From: an uncultured bacterium
Lineage (GTDB): Bacteria > Desulfobacterota_D > UBA1144 > Nemesobacterales > UBA2774
Direction: 5' to 3'
DNA: 64,000 nucleotides
NCBI GenBank assembly: GCA_963705505.1
Contig: CAVPJU010000006.1
Location: forward strand, 576,001-640,000
Part shown: piece after piece, positions 43,323 through 54,104 of the stretch
Numbering within the stretch: the stretch's first letter is position 1
Layout of the letters: the number at the start of each line of letters is the position of its first letter
Program-made: the position numbers and the translations under genes
The notes under the pieces: generated by a model
Database searches by the model: none
Seen by the model: the letters and a program-made list of their open reading frames with translations, nothing else
Told to the model about the DNA's origin: nothing

Positions 43323-43494
43323 TAACATGTCGAGTGCGTAACCGACCAAAACCCCTGCTTTTTTTTGTATTTCAGTCGAATATCTCTCTAAATTATTACA
43401 ATTTTCGTCATTTGTATAACCAAATCATGGAATTTAATTAAACAAGTGATTCGCTAAGTAGTCCGGAGGGAGGTGTATGAGAGGGCAATGAATT

Positions 43495-44439
43495 TTAAAG
43501 AATCTTAGATGAAGTGACGGGATTTTTTTCTTCCTTCCCATTCTTTTCCAGTATGCTCCTGACCCAGCCGACTATGGTGTCGGAAGCAGCTTCGGGGTTC
43601 TCCATGCAGTCGTGTTTCGCGTCAGGTATATGTTTGACTTCAACCGAGCTGTTGCCCGCTTCGATTGCCAGCCGGGCAAGCTCACCGCTCTCCCAGGTTT
43701 CCAGAATATCGTCGTTCTGACCCTGAAGAAAAAGTATTGGGATTTTCACTTGGGGAATGACAACATAGGTTTTGGCATTCCTCGCTTCGGGGCTTCTCAT
43801 AAACCACCATGTCTTGTAAGTGTAAATTTCGTTATGAAAAGGGCTGAACGTATCGCCCCAGGCTCTGTTTACTAAAAAGATCTGGTCCTCGGCGCTTGTG
43901 ATCGGAGCAGGACCCAGCACTTCGCCCGCCTTTTTATATACTTCGTCATAAGGCGGGACGCTCTTCCACCTGTCCCACCTCCTTTTCTGGGAGTCGGGCA
44001 GTGAGTATGCGCAGCCTTCCATTATCAATCCCCTGACGGTGCTTTCAGGTTTATTCGCGGCATAGAAAGCGACCAGATTTGCCCCCAGGCTGAACCCCAG
44101 GATGAAGATATTGGCGAAACCCTCTTTCTTGAGGAACTCCGCTGCGGCCTCGATATCGTACCCGGCCAGGTCGAATATAGCGTTTCCGAATATTTGTCCC
44201 AGGTGAGCCATCCTGGTATTTATCGAAAATGAATTAATGCCGCGCTCCGTCAGTATCTGGGGGAGCTGCCTCGGCGTACCCCGCGCGAGGAAATGCCCTA
44301 ACACACCGTGGACCATGATTATTATGGGAGTATTATAAAGGTCTTCCGGTTTTTCGTACTCCCCTGTAACAAGGAGTGAATGGATTAAAAAATCATCTTT
44401 TGACTTGATACTTATGAGTTTGCGCTGTCTCTTGACCAT
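43495..44439 (-). CDS. Alpha/beta hydrolase
   Basis: HG oxyanion motif, GFSLG nucleophile elbow, LQGQNDD, C-terminal H (AKHD). Confidence 0.85.
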   Translation of the reverse strand: MVKRQRKLISIKSKDDFLIHSLLVTGEYEKPEDLYNTPIIIMVHGVLGHFLARGTPRQLPQILTERGINSFSINTRMAHLGQIFGNAIFDLAGYDIEAAAEFLKKEGFANIFILGFSLGANLVAFYAANKPESTVRGLIMEGCAYSLPDSQKRRWDRWKSVPPYDEVYKKAGEVLGPAPITSAEDQIFLVNRAWGDTFSPFHNEIYTYKTWWFMRSPEARNAKTYVVIPQVKIPILFLQGQNDDILETWESGELARLAIEAGNSSVEVKHIPDAKHDCMENPEAASDTIVGWVRSILEKNGKEEKNPVTSSKIL

Positions 44440-44440
44440 T

Positions 44441-45365
44441 TTAGCGGGGAACTACTTTGGATCCGAATCTTCTGTCCAGCCACTTTTTTATGACCTCGCC
44501 CAATTCTTCCTCTTTCCCGTCGAAATTGTGATTTGCATCCAGATAAAATGCGGTCACATCGCGGTTGCCCGCTTGCTCAGCTATTTGCGCGAGGTTTTGA
44601 GCTTCCTTCGGCCTGAGCTCATCATCTTCCCGCCCCTGGATGAGCAGTATGGGAATTCTTATCTTGGAAATGTGCTTGAAACACTTTGCCGCCTCAGCTT
44701 CCGGTCCCGCGAGGTACCACCACGTCTTGTAAGTGTAAAGCTCCGTATGTTCGGGGTTGAGAGTATCTCCGCGGGCTTTGTAAATGATGACCGTACGGTC
44801 TTCCGATGAGACGTGAGGGTCCGGCTTGAGCGTTTCTTTTACTCCTTCTGTAAATCTCGTCATACGAAGGGTTGCTCCCCCATTTGTTCCATCTGCCTCG
44901 AATCGTGTCAGGTGTGGAATAGGGCGTGGAAAGAGCGATAACCCCCTTGAGGCTTGTGAATACGGACGGGTCGCTGCGCAGTGATAGATATCTAAGGACT
45001 ATGCTGCTGCCGAGGCTGTATCCGGATAGTATAATTTTGGAATAACCCATGTTCTTCAGATATACGATTGCGGTGTCTATCTGGGGGATCGTGTCATCGA
45101 TAATCCCGTAGCCGAAAAAAAGGCCGAAAGTCGCCATTCTGGTATTGATGGATAATGAAGAGTAGCCGGCTTCGGCCAGCATGGGCGGCAGATAGCGCTG
45201 GCTCCCGTCGAGGAAATTCCCGAGAAAGCCGTGGATATGTATGATGACGGGCTCTTTCTCCGGCCTGCCTGAGTGGGGGAGGCTTCTGTAAAATAGTGCA
45301 TCGATTTTGCCGTCCCCGTACGGAATCGAAAGAAGTTCCTGCTCGACTGTATCTTGGTTATTCAT
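44441..45365 (-). pseudogene. Alpha/beta hydrolase paralog split by a single frameshift (~44843-44850), or a sequencing error
   Basis: 44694-45365 (HGFLG, GYSLG, ...YDEIY) continues in another frame as VKETLKPDP...YTYKTWW...IQGREDD...ANHNF, collinear with 43495-44439. Confidence 0.7.
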
Positions 45366-45384
45366 GGTTATCCTGAGAGAGTCC

Positions 45385-46743
45385 CTAAAAAGTTATAACC
45401 GCCTCATTGGTATCGGCATTCAAGTCTATTTGACCTGCTTTCCTGTTTGTCTCTATTTTAGTCTTCGCGGATAATTTGATGAGCTCCGGTGAGGGTTTTA
45501 AAGTGATTTTTTTGACGTTATCCGCGTCGACCCTGATGCCGCTATTCCCCGCAACCCCCACCTGAATCCGTACAGGCTGAGTCACTTCGAAGGGCATGAA
45601 TTCGGCCCAGTATATTTGATTTTTAAATATTCCGAAAGGGGCCGTATAGTAAATGTTTTCCGGATATTTATTACGCTTGAATTTGCCGAACCAGTCAAAC
45701 ACGTTCGGGAGGTCTTCATCGACCGTGAGCCACGTATGCCCTTCATTGGGATAATAATTGAACTTCACCGGGGCGCCTAACTTCTCGACTATCTCGTGCA
45801 GCACGATTCCGTCGTCTGCCGGCACGGCTTCGTCGCCTCCGCCGTGGGAGATATACATGGGCGTATTTGCCAGGTTCGACAGCATCCTCTGAGGGAAGTC
45901 GAGGGTCGCTAAAAATTTCCTGAGGTCACCCGGGTTCATGTTATTGATTTTATCTTTGTAGTATCTGAGCCTGTACGGTCCGAACACGACTGCTGACGCC
46001 GCAATCAGGTCAGGGAAGTACATTGATACGAGCAGAGCCTCAAGACCCCCGTTTGACATGCCCGTTACATAAATCCGGTCTTCATCGATCGTGAATCTTT
46101 CTTTTACGTCGTTTATCAGCTCTGAGAATATATTCAGTTTTCCCTGTCTTATATAATCTCCTCCCAGATCCGGAGACGGCATTATGCCGATGTAACCGTA
46201 CTTGCGGCAAAACGAATCTATTTCCTGGGACTTTATGTAGTTGTTGAGGCATATGACAGCCGGAAGAGGCTCGCCGTCACGCGTTTCCGGCAATACATAA
46301 TAGAGATCGAAATTCCTTTTATATCTCTCGGACGTGAATATGCTATGTTTGATGCCTCTTCCCTCGAGGGAGAACTTATGCCTTTCCGGGTCGTCTTTCT
46401 GAAGGAGGTTGCCTTTTTCACCCACATATACGATCGAGTTCGCGCCCCCGGCGGTATCCGGGTTCAGGTCGGGGTTATTGGGGTCGGTTATCCAGCTTCC
46501 GTCTATTATGTATTTGTAGTCATACGACCTGTTTGGCGCGAGCTTGAGTATCACGCGCCAGACGTTGTCGCTCCCCTTGGCGAGTCTCACCGTTCCGTGC
46601 TTCCAGCCGTTAAAATCCCCCGATAGAAAGACCTCTCTTGACCCCGGCGCATAGTAGCTGAACAGGATTCCTTCATCAACCTGCTCGGGTTTCGTCGCCC
46701 ACCTGCCTTCGTACTGTTTGACGTTCTTATTCTCCCCTGCCAT
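45385..46743 (-). CDS. CBM48/AMPK-type glycogen-binding domain fused to an esterase/S9-like alpha/beta hydrolase
   Basis: APGSREVFLSGDFNGW...YDYKYIIDGSWITDPNNP; RIYVTGMSNGG, HGGGDEAVP, GHTW; start moved to the ATG at 46743. Confidence 0.82.
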   Translation of the reverse strand: MAGENKNVKQYEGRWATKPEQVDEGILFSYYAPGSREVFLSGDFNGWKHGTVRLAKGSDNVWRVILKLAPNRSYDYKYIIDGSWITDPNNPDLNPDTAGGANSIVYVGEKGNLLQKDDPERHKFSLEGRGIKHSIFTSERYKRNFDLYYVLPETRDGEPLPAVICLNNYIKSQEIDSFCRKYGYIGIMPSPDLGGDYIRQGKLNIFSELINDVKERFTIDEDRIYVTGMSNGGLEALLVSMYFPDLIAASAVVFGPYRLRYYKDKINNMNPGDLRKFLATLDFPQRMLSNLANTPMYISHGGGDEAVPADDGIVLHEIVEKLGAPVKFNYYPNEGHTWLTVDEDLPNVFDWFGKFKRNKYPENIYYTAPFGIFKNQIYWAEFMPFEVTQPVRIQVGVAGNSGIRVDADNVKKITLKPSPELIKLSAKTKIETNRKAGQIDLNADTNEAVITF

Positions 46744-47105
46744 AGCAATCTCTCCTCTGAAAGTTATAGACTCGCTGATACAGAGACATTTTGCTAAATG
46801 TATAGTAAAGTCAAGCAAATTGTCATAAGTTTTTTAGGATATATTCGTTTTTCGTCTTCATTCGAACACGAATGTATGAATCCCGGTCCTGAAACGAGAA
46901 GATATTTTATAATATCGACATGACTTTTGAAAGACGGGGATCGAGCCTTATATTGACGGAGCTTCCATTCGTCAGTTAGCCGGCGCTCTCCCGTCATCTA
47001 CTCCGAATAAACCTTGTCAGCCACAGAAGCGGCTCGGGAGGGGGCCCTCCCGGCATGTAAATTTACGGTATATTTAACCGTGGCGTTTTTTTACGCCCGC
47101 GGTAA

Positions 47106-48215
47106 ATGGTACAGGATATGACTGAAAACTTACCTGAATCGCTCAGACAATTCACGGACAGCTCCCGCCCGAAAGAGCTCCGGTTAACGGCGGCCCGGGG
47201 ATTGGTGCCCGCAACACCGAAGGACCTCACCCTGATTCTCTACTTTCTTACTCTGGATGAGGACCAGGATGTCGCCGGAGAAGCGCATAAGACCCTGAAT
47301 GGAATGCCCCCCGATGTCGTTTCGACTGTGCTTGCCGACACCGGCACACACCCGGGGCTGCTCGATTATTTTGCGCGGATACTTGAGGATGAAAACAAGC
47401 TTCAGCGTATCGCCCTGAATAACTCTACAACGGACGTCACCGTCGCTTATATAGCTGAGCATACTCACTCCCAGAGCTTGATAGGGCTCATAGCGAACAA
47501 TCACGAGAGAGTCGTGCGTTCCGCGGAAATAGTGGAGTCTTTGAGCAGGAATCAGGCTGTCACACGTTCCACCCTCGACGGAGTACTTGAATTCTTAAAA
47601 CTGTATCTCGGCAAGAAGTTCGGCATGCCCGACCTGTCCGTGAAAGACATTGAAACGGTGCCGGACACGGATGATACCCCTCAATACGCTCCCGAATTGA
47701 TCGAAGGGATTGAGGAGTCGTTCCTCGACGATATCGATCTCGATAGCGAGCTTATTGAAGAGACGGAGGAAGAGGAACAGCATGCGCCTGAGGTGCACAA
47801 TCAGGCTGTTATGGTCAAGATAAGCATGCTGAATATCGGCCAGAAAATAAAGCTTTCCATATTGGGCAACAGGGAGGCCAGGACTATATTGATAAAGGAC
47901 CCGAACAGGATCGTCTCGAAAGCAGTGCTCAAGAACCCGAGGCTCACGGATAGCGAAATCGTGCTGATATCTCAATCCAAGATCGTCAACGAGGAGATAC
48001 TTCGGGAGATTGCCGAGAGCAGGAGATGGGCGAGGCTGTATCAGGTCAAACTGTCTCTTGTAAATAACCCGAAGACGCCCCCTCACATATCGATAAATTT
48101 GATAAGGCAGCTAAGGGATCTTGATCTCCGGAACCTGAGATGGAATAAGAATCTGCCGGGTGTGATTACAACCGTTGTAAAACAGATAATGCGGGAAAAG
48201 AGAGACAAAAAATAA
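47106..48215 (+). CDS. Conserved hypothetical helical-repeat protein
   Basis: Acidic linker; C-terminal QKIKL..LGNREAR.ILIKDPN.IV..AVLKNPRLT and LVNNPKTP block, a family of unknown function. Confidence 0.75.
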   Translation: MVQDMTENLPESLRQFTDSSRPKELRLTAARGLVPATPKDLTLILYFLTLDEDQDVAGEAHKTLNGMPPDVVSTVLADTGTHPGLLDYFARILEDENKLQRIALNNSTTDVTVAYIAEHTHSQSLIGLIANNHERVVRSAEIVESLSRNQAVTRSTLDGVLEFLKLYLGKKFGMPDLSVKDIETVPDTDDTPQYAPELIEGIEESFLDDIDLDSELIEETEEEEQHAPEVHNQAVMVKISMLNIGQKIKLSILGNREARTILIKDPNRIVSKAVLKNPRLTDSEIVLISQSKIVNEEILREIAESRRWARLYQVKLSLVNNPKTPPHISINLIRQLRDLDLRNLRWNKNLPGVITTVVKQIMREKRDKK

Positions 48216-48249
48216 AATTCCGCCACGGACACCCTGACCGTAGTATGCG

Positions 48250-49215
48250 ATGATCGAAGAGGCAAAAACTGAAACCTTTCTTATCCCCCCGGGCCTGTCC
48301 GGCAAAAGGGCGGATGTGGTACTCTCCCGATTCCTGCCCGGCCACACGCGTTCTCAGATAAAAAGACTGATCGCCGAAAAACATGTTTTAGTGGATGGGG
48401 AGCCTATCAAGCCGTCAAAGAAATTCGACGGGGGCGAAGTGGTGCGGGTTACTCTGCCGGCGCCCGAGCCTATGGATGCGGAGCCCGAGGATATACCCGT
48501 TAATATTCTTTACGAGGATGATTATATAGCCGTCGTTGACAAGCCGCCGGGGATGACGGTTCACCCCGGCGCCGGTGTCAGGAGCGGGACACTCGTAAAC
48601 GCGCTCCTCTTCAAATGCAAAAACCTTTCAGGCATAGGGGGGAAGATCAGGCCCGGAATAGTACACCGTCTGGACAAGGATACCTCGGGGGTTATGGTCG
48701 TGGCGAAAAACGATTTGTCACATAACTCGCTCGTTAATCAGTTTAAAACGAGGTCAGTTCAAAAGAAATACCTGGCAATAGTCGAGGGCAATGTAAAGAA
48801 GGAATCGGGTACGTTTTCCTCGAAGATAGGAAGACACCCCGCGGACAGAAAGAAGATGTCTTCAAAAGCTAAATCCGGAAGGGAATCGCTTACGCTCTGG
48901 AAAGTGGTGAAGAGGTTTAAAGACGCGACACTCGTCGAGGCGGCACCTAAAACAGGAAGGACTCACCAGATAAGGGTTCATTTCTCGGAGAACGGCTATC
49001 CTATACTGGCGGACGCTGTTTACGGCCATAAGAAACAGAAATCACCTACGTTAAATCTTGCCGCAAAGAAAGTAGGGAGGCAGGCGCTCCATGCCTCAAA
49101 AATCGGCTTTCTGCATCCTCATACTCGGGAGTTCGTTGAATTCACGGCTCCGCTTCCCGGCGACATGAATGATGCCCTTAACATTCTCGCTGAATCCGGG
49201 GAAAATAATCTATAA
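48250..49215 (+). CDS. rluD: RluA/RluD-family 23S rRNA pseudouridine synthase
   Basis: S4 domain, KPPGMTVHP, RPGIVHRLDKDTSG, GRTHQIRVH, QALHA; upstream of pgeF. Confidence 0.88.
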   Translation: MIEEAKTETFLIPPGLSGKRADVVLSRFLPGHTRSQIKRLIAEKHVLVDGEPIKPSKKFDGGEVVRVTLPAPEPMDAEPEDIPVNILYEDDYIAVVDKPPGMTVHPGAGVRSGTLVNALLFKCKNLSGIGGKIRPGIVHRLDKDTSGVMVVAKNDLSHNSLVNQFKTRSVQKKYLAIVEGNVKKESGTFSSKIGRHPADRKKMSSKAKSGRESLTLWKVVKRFKDATLVEAAPKTGRTHQIRVHFSENGYPILADAVYGHKKQKSPTLNLAAKKVGRQALHASKIGFLHPHTREFVEFTAPLPGDMNDALNILAESGENNL

Positions 49216-49218
49216 GTT

Positions 49219-49902
49219 ATGGCCTGGATGAAATCAAAAATACTGTCGTCGCTTCCCGGTGTGGTACACGGCTTTGCCGACAGGGGCGTCAAGGGAGACC
49301 CGGCTGAAATTGCCGGGTATTTCGGGCTCTCCGGCATTGCGCGGTTGAATCAGGTTCACGGAAGAGATGTCTTTGTGCTCAAGGACAAGGCCGCCGGGGG
49401 AGGGAAGCTTTCGGACGGTGACGCGATCGTAACGGGTTTGAGGGGTATCGGCATCGGCATTTCGACCGCTGATTGCGTACCGATTCTCCTTGCCGATAAT
49501 GAGGGGAATATAGCGGCTGCGGTACATGCGGGATGGCGCGGGACACTGTCCCGGATATTGGACGCTACGCTTGAGAAAATCAATGCAGGCTATGGCCTCA
49601 CGCCCTCTCATTTGAGCGCGGTTATAGGCCCTTCCATCGGGAAATGCTGTTACGAGGTTGGCGACGAAGTCGCCTCTCTCTTCAGAGACGGGTTCGATTA
49701 CTGGAGCGAATACCTAATATCGACAGATGGTTGCAAATATATGCTCGACCTGCCCGGGGCCAACAGGAAGGCGCTTGAGGAGGCGGGTGTGCCGAATATC
49801 GAAGTCCTCGATATCTGCACCAAGTGTAATCAGAATTTTTACTCCTACAGAAGGGAGGGGAAGGGGGTCGGGAGCCAGCTTAGTTTGATAGGTTTTATTT
49901 AG
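49219..49902 (+). CDS. pgeF: PgeF/YfiH peptidoglycan editing factor / purine nucleoside phosphorylase
   Basis: QVHG, TADCVPIL, HAGWRG, GPSIGKCCYEV, YSYRR. Confidence 0.92.
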   Translation: MAWMKSKILSSLPGVVHGFADRGVKGDPAEIAGYFGLSGIARLNQVHGRDVFVLKDKAAGGGKLSDGDAIVTGLRGIGIGISTADCVPILLADNEGNIAAAVHAGWRGTLSRILDATLEKINAGYGLTPSHLSAVIGPSIGKCCYEVGDEVASLFRDGFDYWSEYLISTDGCKYMLDLPGANRKALEEAGVPNIEVLDICTKCNQNFYSYRREGKGVGSQLSLIGFI

Positions 49903-49977
49903 GGTATTCCGAAAAAGTGTTATATTTTTTGACTGGGTATAATATCGGGGAAATCTCGCGAAAATATAAATCTAAGA

Positions 49978-50424
49978 TTGGAGGCAAGAATGCTTCAGAT
50001 TATGTGCTGGGTCGATTCGGAAGACTACTGGTATCTGCATTCTCTGAATGAAACGAATCAGAGCCTGGATTATTACGGGTATAAATTCGAGATAGAAGGG
50101 GGCACAGAGGGGATCGGGACGAGCGTTGTGAGGCTGCTTATAATCGAGTTTATAAGTGCGAAAATGACGGTAGGGTTCGTTACGCCGGGGAATTTTAAAC
50201 TGGAGGACAGTGACTTAACACTCAGGTTCATTTCGCACGAGGAACCTACGAAAGATGTCCCGGTATTATGCAAGATTTCCGATGAAACCAAACGCGCGTC
50301 CTACATGGGCGATGACCAGGAGAAAATCGAATATATAGGCTTTACGCTCGAAAAGTTTTATGAGAGTCATAATGCCAAGTTTTACCTCCACGATTTGAGG
50401 CCCCCTTCGGAGCATAAAGGGTGA
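49978..50424 (+). CDS. Hypothetical protein
   Basis: ORF filling an intergenic gap; GGAGG precedes the ATG at 49990, the probable start; no motif recognised. Confidence 0.65.
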   Translation: MEARMLQIMCWVDSEDYWYLHSLNETNQSLDYYGYKFEIEGGTEGIGTSVVRLLIIEFISAKMTVGFVTPGNFKLEDSDLTLRFISHEEPTKDVPVLCKISDETKRASYMGDDQEKIEYIGFTLEKFYESHNAKFYLHDLRPPSEHKG

Positions 50425-50563
50425 TGTTCGCTCCATGAATAATAGCTTATTTCGGGGACTGCTTTTTCTTTAAGAGGAAAAAATCCCCGGGAAAATTGTA
50501 TCTCTATTAAATCTGAATTCTAATATCCGAGACTATTGAGCTTAATTGGAGGAATAACGAATT

Positions 50564-51772
50564 ATGAGCAGAACTGACAAAATCGTTTTGGCTTATTCAG
50601 GCGGCCTGGACACATCCGTGATTCTCACATGGCTCGCCGAGAAATACGACGCGGAGATAATTGCATTTGTCGCCGACCTCGGTCAGGGCGAAGACCTTGA
50701 AGCGGCGAGGGAAAAAGCGTTAACGACAGGCGCGAGCAAGGTTTATATCGAGGATTTGAGGGAAGAGTTCGTACGCGATTTCGTTTATACGGCGATAAAG
50801 TCGAGCGCTGTTTATGAGGGCAGCTACCTTCTGGGGACTTCTCTCGCCCGGCCCCTCATAGCGAAAAAGCAGATCGAGATTGCAAAGAAAGAGAACGCTT
50901 TCGCAGTATCGCACGGCGCAACGGGGAAAGGGAATGACCAGGTGCGTTTTGAGCTCACTTATTATGCCCTCGACCCGGCGATTAAAGTCATAGCGCCCTG
51001 GAGGGAGTGGGATTTGAACTCCAGGAGCTCGCTCATCGAATACGCCGAAAAACACGGGATACCTGTACCTGTTACTCAGCAAAAACCGTACAGCTGCGAC
51101 AGGAACCTTCTCCACATAAGCTACGAGGGGGGGATACTCGAAGACCCGTGGTCAGAACCCCCTGAAAGCATGTTCGAGATGACCGTATCGCCTGAGAGGG
51201 CGCCCGCTGAGCCGGTTTATATAGACATAGAATTTGACAAGGGGGTTCCGAGGAAGGTCGACGGCAAGGAACTCGGCCCTGTGGATCTCCTCACCGCCCT
51301 CAATAAAATAGGCGGGGCAAACGGCGTGGGCAGGGTAGATCTCGTGGAGAACAGGTTCGTCGGTATGAAGTCCCGCGGGGTCTATGAAACACCCGGGGGC
51401 ACTATACTCCACGCCGCTCACAGGGCGCTTGAATCCATAACCATGGACAGGGAGGTCATGCACCTGAGGGATTCGCTCATCCCCAAGATCTCGGAGCTCA
51501 TATACTACGGCTTCTGGTATTCTCCGGAAATGGATATGCTCAAAGCGGCGGTAGAGGAATCTCAGAAGAATGTGACCGGGACCATAAGGCTCAAGATATA
51601 CAAGGGCAATATAATCATGGCGGGGAGGCGATCCCCTTATTCGCTTTATAAAGAAGACCTGGCTACGTTCGAGAAAGACAGTATTTATAACCAGGCGGAC
51701 GCGACGGGCTTTATAAAATTAAACGCGCTCAGGCTTTCTGTCCGCAAGCTCCTTGAAAAGAAGGGACGGTAA
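50564..51772 (+). CDS. argG: Argininosuccinate synthase
   Basis: [51 protein letters not shown]. Confidence 0.97.
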   Translation: MSRTDKIVLAYSGGLDTSVILTWLAEKYDAEIIAFVADLGQGEDLEAAREKALTTGASKVYIEDLREEFVRDFVYTAIKSSAVYEGSYLLGTSLARPLIAKKQIEIAKKENAFAVSHGATGKGNDQVRFELTYYALDPAIKVIAPWREWDLNSRSSLIEYAEKHGIPVPVTQQKPYSCDRNLLHISYEGGILEDPWSEPPESMFEMTVSPERAPAEPVYIDIEFDKGVPRKVDGKELGPVDLLTALNKIGGANGVGRVDLVENRFVGMKSRGVYETPGGTILHAAHRALESITMDREVMHLRDSLIPKISELIYYGFWYSPEMDMLKAAVEESQKNVTGTIRLKIYKGNIIMAGRRSPYSLYKEDLATFEKDSIYNQADATGFIKLNALRLSVRKLLEKKGR

Positions 51773-51783
51773 GCTCTACGTCC

Positions 51784-52791
51784 ATGAAGACCTCTGACTT
51801 CGATTACCATCTTCCGGAGGAAAGGATTGCATACCGCCCTGAGTCTCAAAGACAAAATTCCAGGCTGATGGTGCTCGACAGGAAAAAGGGGGAAATAACC
51901 CACAGGAGGTTCTTCGAGCTTCCCGGTTTGTTAAACCCGGGCGATCTTCTTGTCCTGAATAATACGAAGGTGTTTCCTGCAAGGCTCTACGGGAAAAAGA
52001 AAACGGGGGACAGGGCAGAAATTCTGCTCGTCGAGAAGCTCGACGAAAAGGCGTGGAAGTGCATGGTCAGGGGTCCGAGGCAGGGACTTGAAATCGATTT
52101 TGAAGCAGGACTCTCGGGAAAGCTCTTCAGGGATGACGGGGGCGGATGGATTATCGAGTTTAACGGAGCCGCAGACTCATATATAGAGAATTCGGGCAGG
52201 ATGCCGCTTCCCCCGTACATAAAGCGGGAGCCGGACGAGGAGGACAGGATTTCTTACCAGACGGTCTATGCCGAGATACCGGGGGCTATAGCCGCGCCGA
52301 CAGCGGGCCTTCATTTCACGCCCGAGATTATGAGCGAGGTTAAACGCAGGGGAGTCGGGATAGCATATGTTACACTCCATGTCGGTATCGGCACATTTCA
52401 GCCCGTAAAAACGGAATTTGTCCGGGAGCACGAGATGCACGCCGAGTTCCGTGAGATACCCCGTGAAACGGCAGAAGCAGTCAACGGTGCGAAAGCCGGA
52501 GGAGGAAGGGTCATTGCGGTCGGAACGACGGTGCTGAGGACGCTCGAGTCCTCGGTAAACGAAGCGGGTGACGTAATACCGTGCAAAGGCCGGACCGGCC
52601 TCTTTATTCTCCCAGGGTACGGATTCAAGGCCGTTGATGCGCTGATCACGAATTTTCATCTTCCGCGCTCGACGCTACTGATGCTGGTCTCGGCGTTTGC
52701 GGGCCGGGAGTTCATTTTCAGAGCATATAAAGAAGCATTAGACGGGGAGTACAGGTTCCTCAGCTACGGGGATGCCATGTTTATAAATTAA
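51784..52791 (+). CDS. queA: S-adenosylmethionine:tRNA ribosyltransferase-isomerase
   Basis: FDYHLPEERIA, PLPPYI, AAPTAGLHFT, LHVGIGTF, TNFHLPRSTL, YGDAM. Confidence 0.97.
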   Translation: MKTSDFDYHLPEERIAYRPESQRQNSRLMVLDRKKGEITHRRFFELPGLLNPGDLLVLNNTKVFPARLYGKKKTGDRAEILLVEKLDEKAWKCMVRGPRQGLEIDFEAGLSGKLFRDDGGGWIIEFNGAADSYIENSGRMPLPPYIKREPDEEDRISYQTVYAEIPGAIAAPTAGLHFTPEIMSEVKRRGVGIAYVTLHVGIGTFQPVKTEFVREHEMHAEFREIPRETAEAVNGAKAGGGRVIAVGTTVLRTLESSVNEAGDVIPCKGRTGLFILPGYGFKAVDALITNFHLPRSTLLMLVSAFAGREFIFRAYKEALDGEYRFLSYGDAMFIN

Positions 52792-52803
52792 ACGGGGGTT
52801 GCA

Positions 52804-54060
52804 TTGCGTGTCGAAATCGAAAGTATTGCATTTGGCGGAAGCGGTATTGCTAAAAAGGACGGCAAGGTCTTTTTCGTAAAGGGCGGCCTCCCTCACGACA
52901 TACTCGATATAAAAATAGTAAATGATAAAGGTAGTTATGCCGAAGCCGTAATCGAGGCGATTGTGGAGCCCTCGGGGGAAAGGGTCGAGCCTCCGTGCCC
53001 CGTATTCGGTCTCTGCGGCGGGTGTCAGTTCCAGAACCTGAGATATTCGGCGCAGCTCAGGGAGAAGGAGAACGTACTGAGGGAAACGGTTGAAAGGATA
53101 GGGGGTTTCAGGGATGTCCGTATAGATACTACCATCCCTTCCCCTTCCGAGTACGGGTATAGGAGCCGCACCCTTCTTTCCGCCTGGTATTTTTCCGGGG
53201 GCTGGCATACAGGGTATTTTCAGGAGAAGAGCCGGAACACGGTAAAAGTCGTTTCGTGTCCCATTACCGATAGATGGATCAACGGTGCGATCTCCAGGCT
53301 GTCAGACGTTTTATCATCGATAGGAGACCCGCGTTATCCGCTGGAAAAAATATACATGTCTTCTGACGGAACGAGCGCTTATATTACGCTTGTGCCATAT
53401 TTCAGGAGCGGACCCGCCTCTCTCGGAGCGCTCGTAAGGCACCTCCGGAGGTTTGAGGAGACCAAAAACGTCTCGGTGATCGGGAATAAAGAGGTTCAAT
53501 TCGAGTTCTCGCATTCGGGTTACAGATTTTTGACGTCCCCTTCCGTGTTTACACAGTCGAATACCCCTGTAAACGAGGCTATTATCGATACTGTCCTCAG
53601 CTGGTCGGAATTAAATGGGACGGAAACAGTACTGGACCTCTACTCAGGGATCGGCAATTTCTCGATCCCGCTCGCTAAGGGTTCGAAACAGGTAATTTCC
53701 GTAGAGATAAACAAAAGGGCGGCCGGATTCGCACAAAAAAACGCGGAATTGAACGGGCTTCAAAATATAATTTTTCACAATCTATCATGTGAAGAATATT
53801 TACCGGGTCATAATATGAGCACCCAGCCGGTAGATATAGCGGTGCTCGACCCTCCGAGGGAGGGGGCGAAAGGCGCGGTTGCGGAGATTACGCGCTTATC
53901 GCCTCGAAAAATTATTTACGTATCCTGTGACCCGGCGACTTTAGGACGGGATTTAAAGATGTTCGGGGACTCGGGTTATGAGCTTGCCGGGATAAGGCCG
54001 TTCGATATGTTCCCCCAGACCTATCACATAGAATCGGCCTCACTTTTGGTCAGATCCTGA
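52804..54060 (+). CDS. rlmD: 23S rRNA (uracil-C5)-methyltransferase, RlmD/TrmA family
   Basis: TRAM domain, CPVFGLCGGC, FTQSN, DLYSGIGNF, DPPREG, YVSC, DMFPQTYHIE. Confidence 0.88.
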   Translation: MRVEIESIAFGGSGIAKKDGKVFFVKGGLPHDILDIKIVNDKGSYAEAVIEAIVEPSGERVEPPCPVFGLCGGCQFQNLRYSAQLREKENVLRETVERIGGFRDVRIDTTIPSPSEYGYRSRTLLSAWYFSGGWHTGYFQEKSRNTVKVVSCPITDRWINGAISRLSDVLSSIGDPRYPLEKIYMSSDGTSAYITLVPYFRSGPASLGALVRHLRRFEETKNVSVIGNKEVQFEFSHSGYRFLTSPSVFTQSNTPVNEAIIDTVLSWSELNGTETVLDLYSGIGNFSIPLAKGSKQVISVEINKRAAGFAQKNAELNGLQNIIFHNLSCEEYLPGHNMSTQPVDIAVLDPPREGAKGAVAEITRLSPRKIIYVSCDPATLGRDLKMFGDSGYELAGIRPFDMFPQTYHIESASLLVRS

Positions 54061-54104
54061 TGCTTTTAACCGGGCTCAGAGCGGCGATAGATATTCAAAC
54101 TGTT

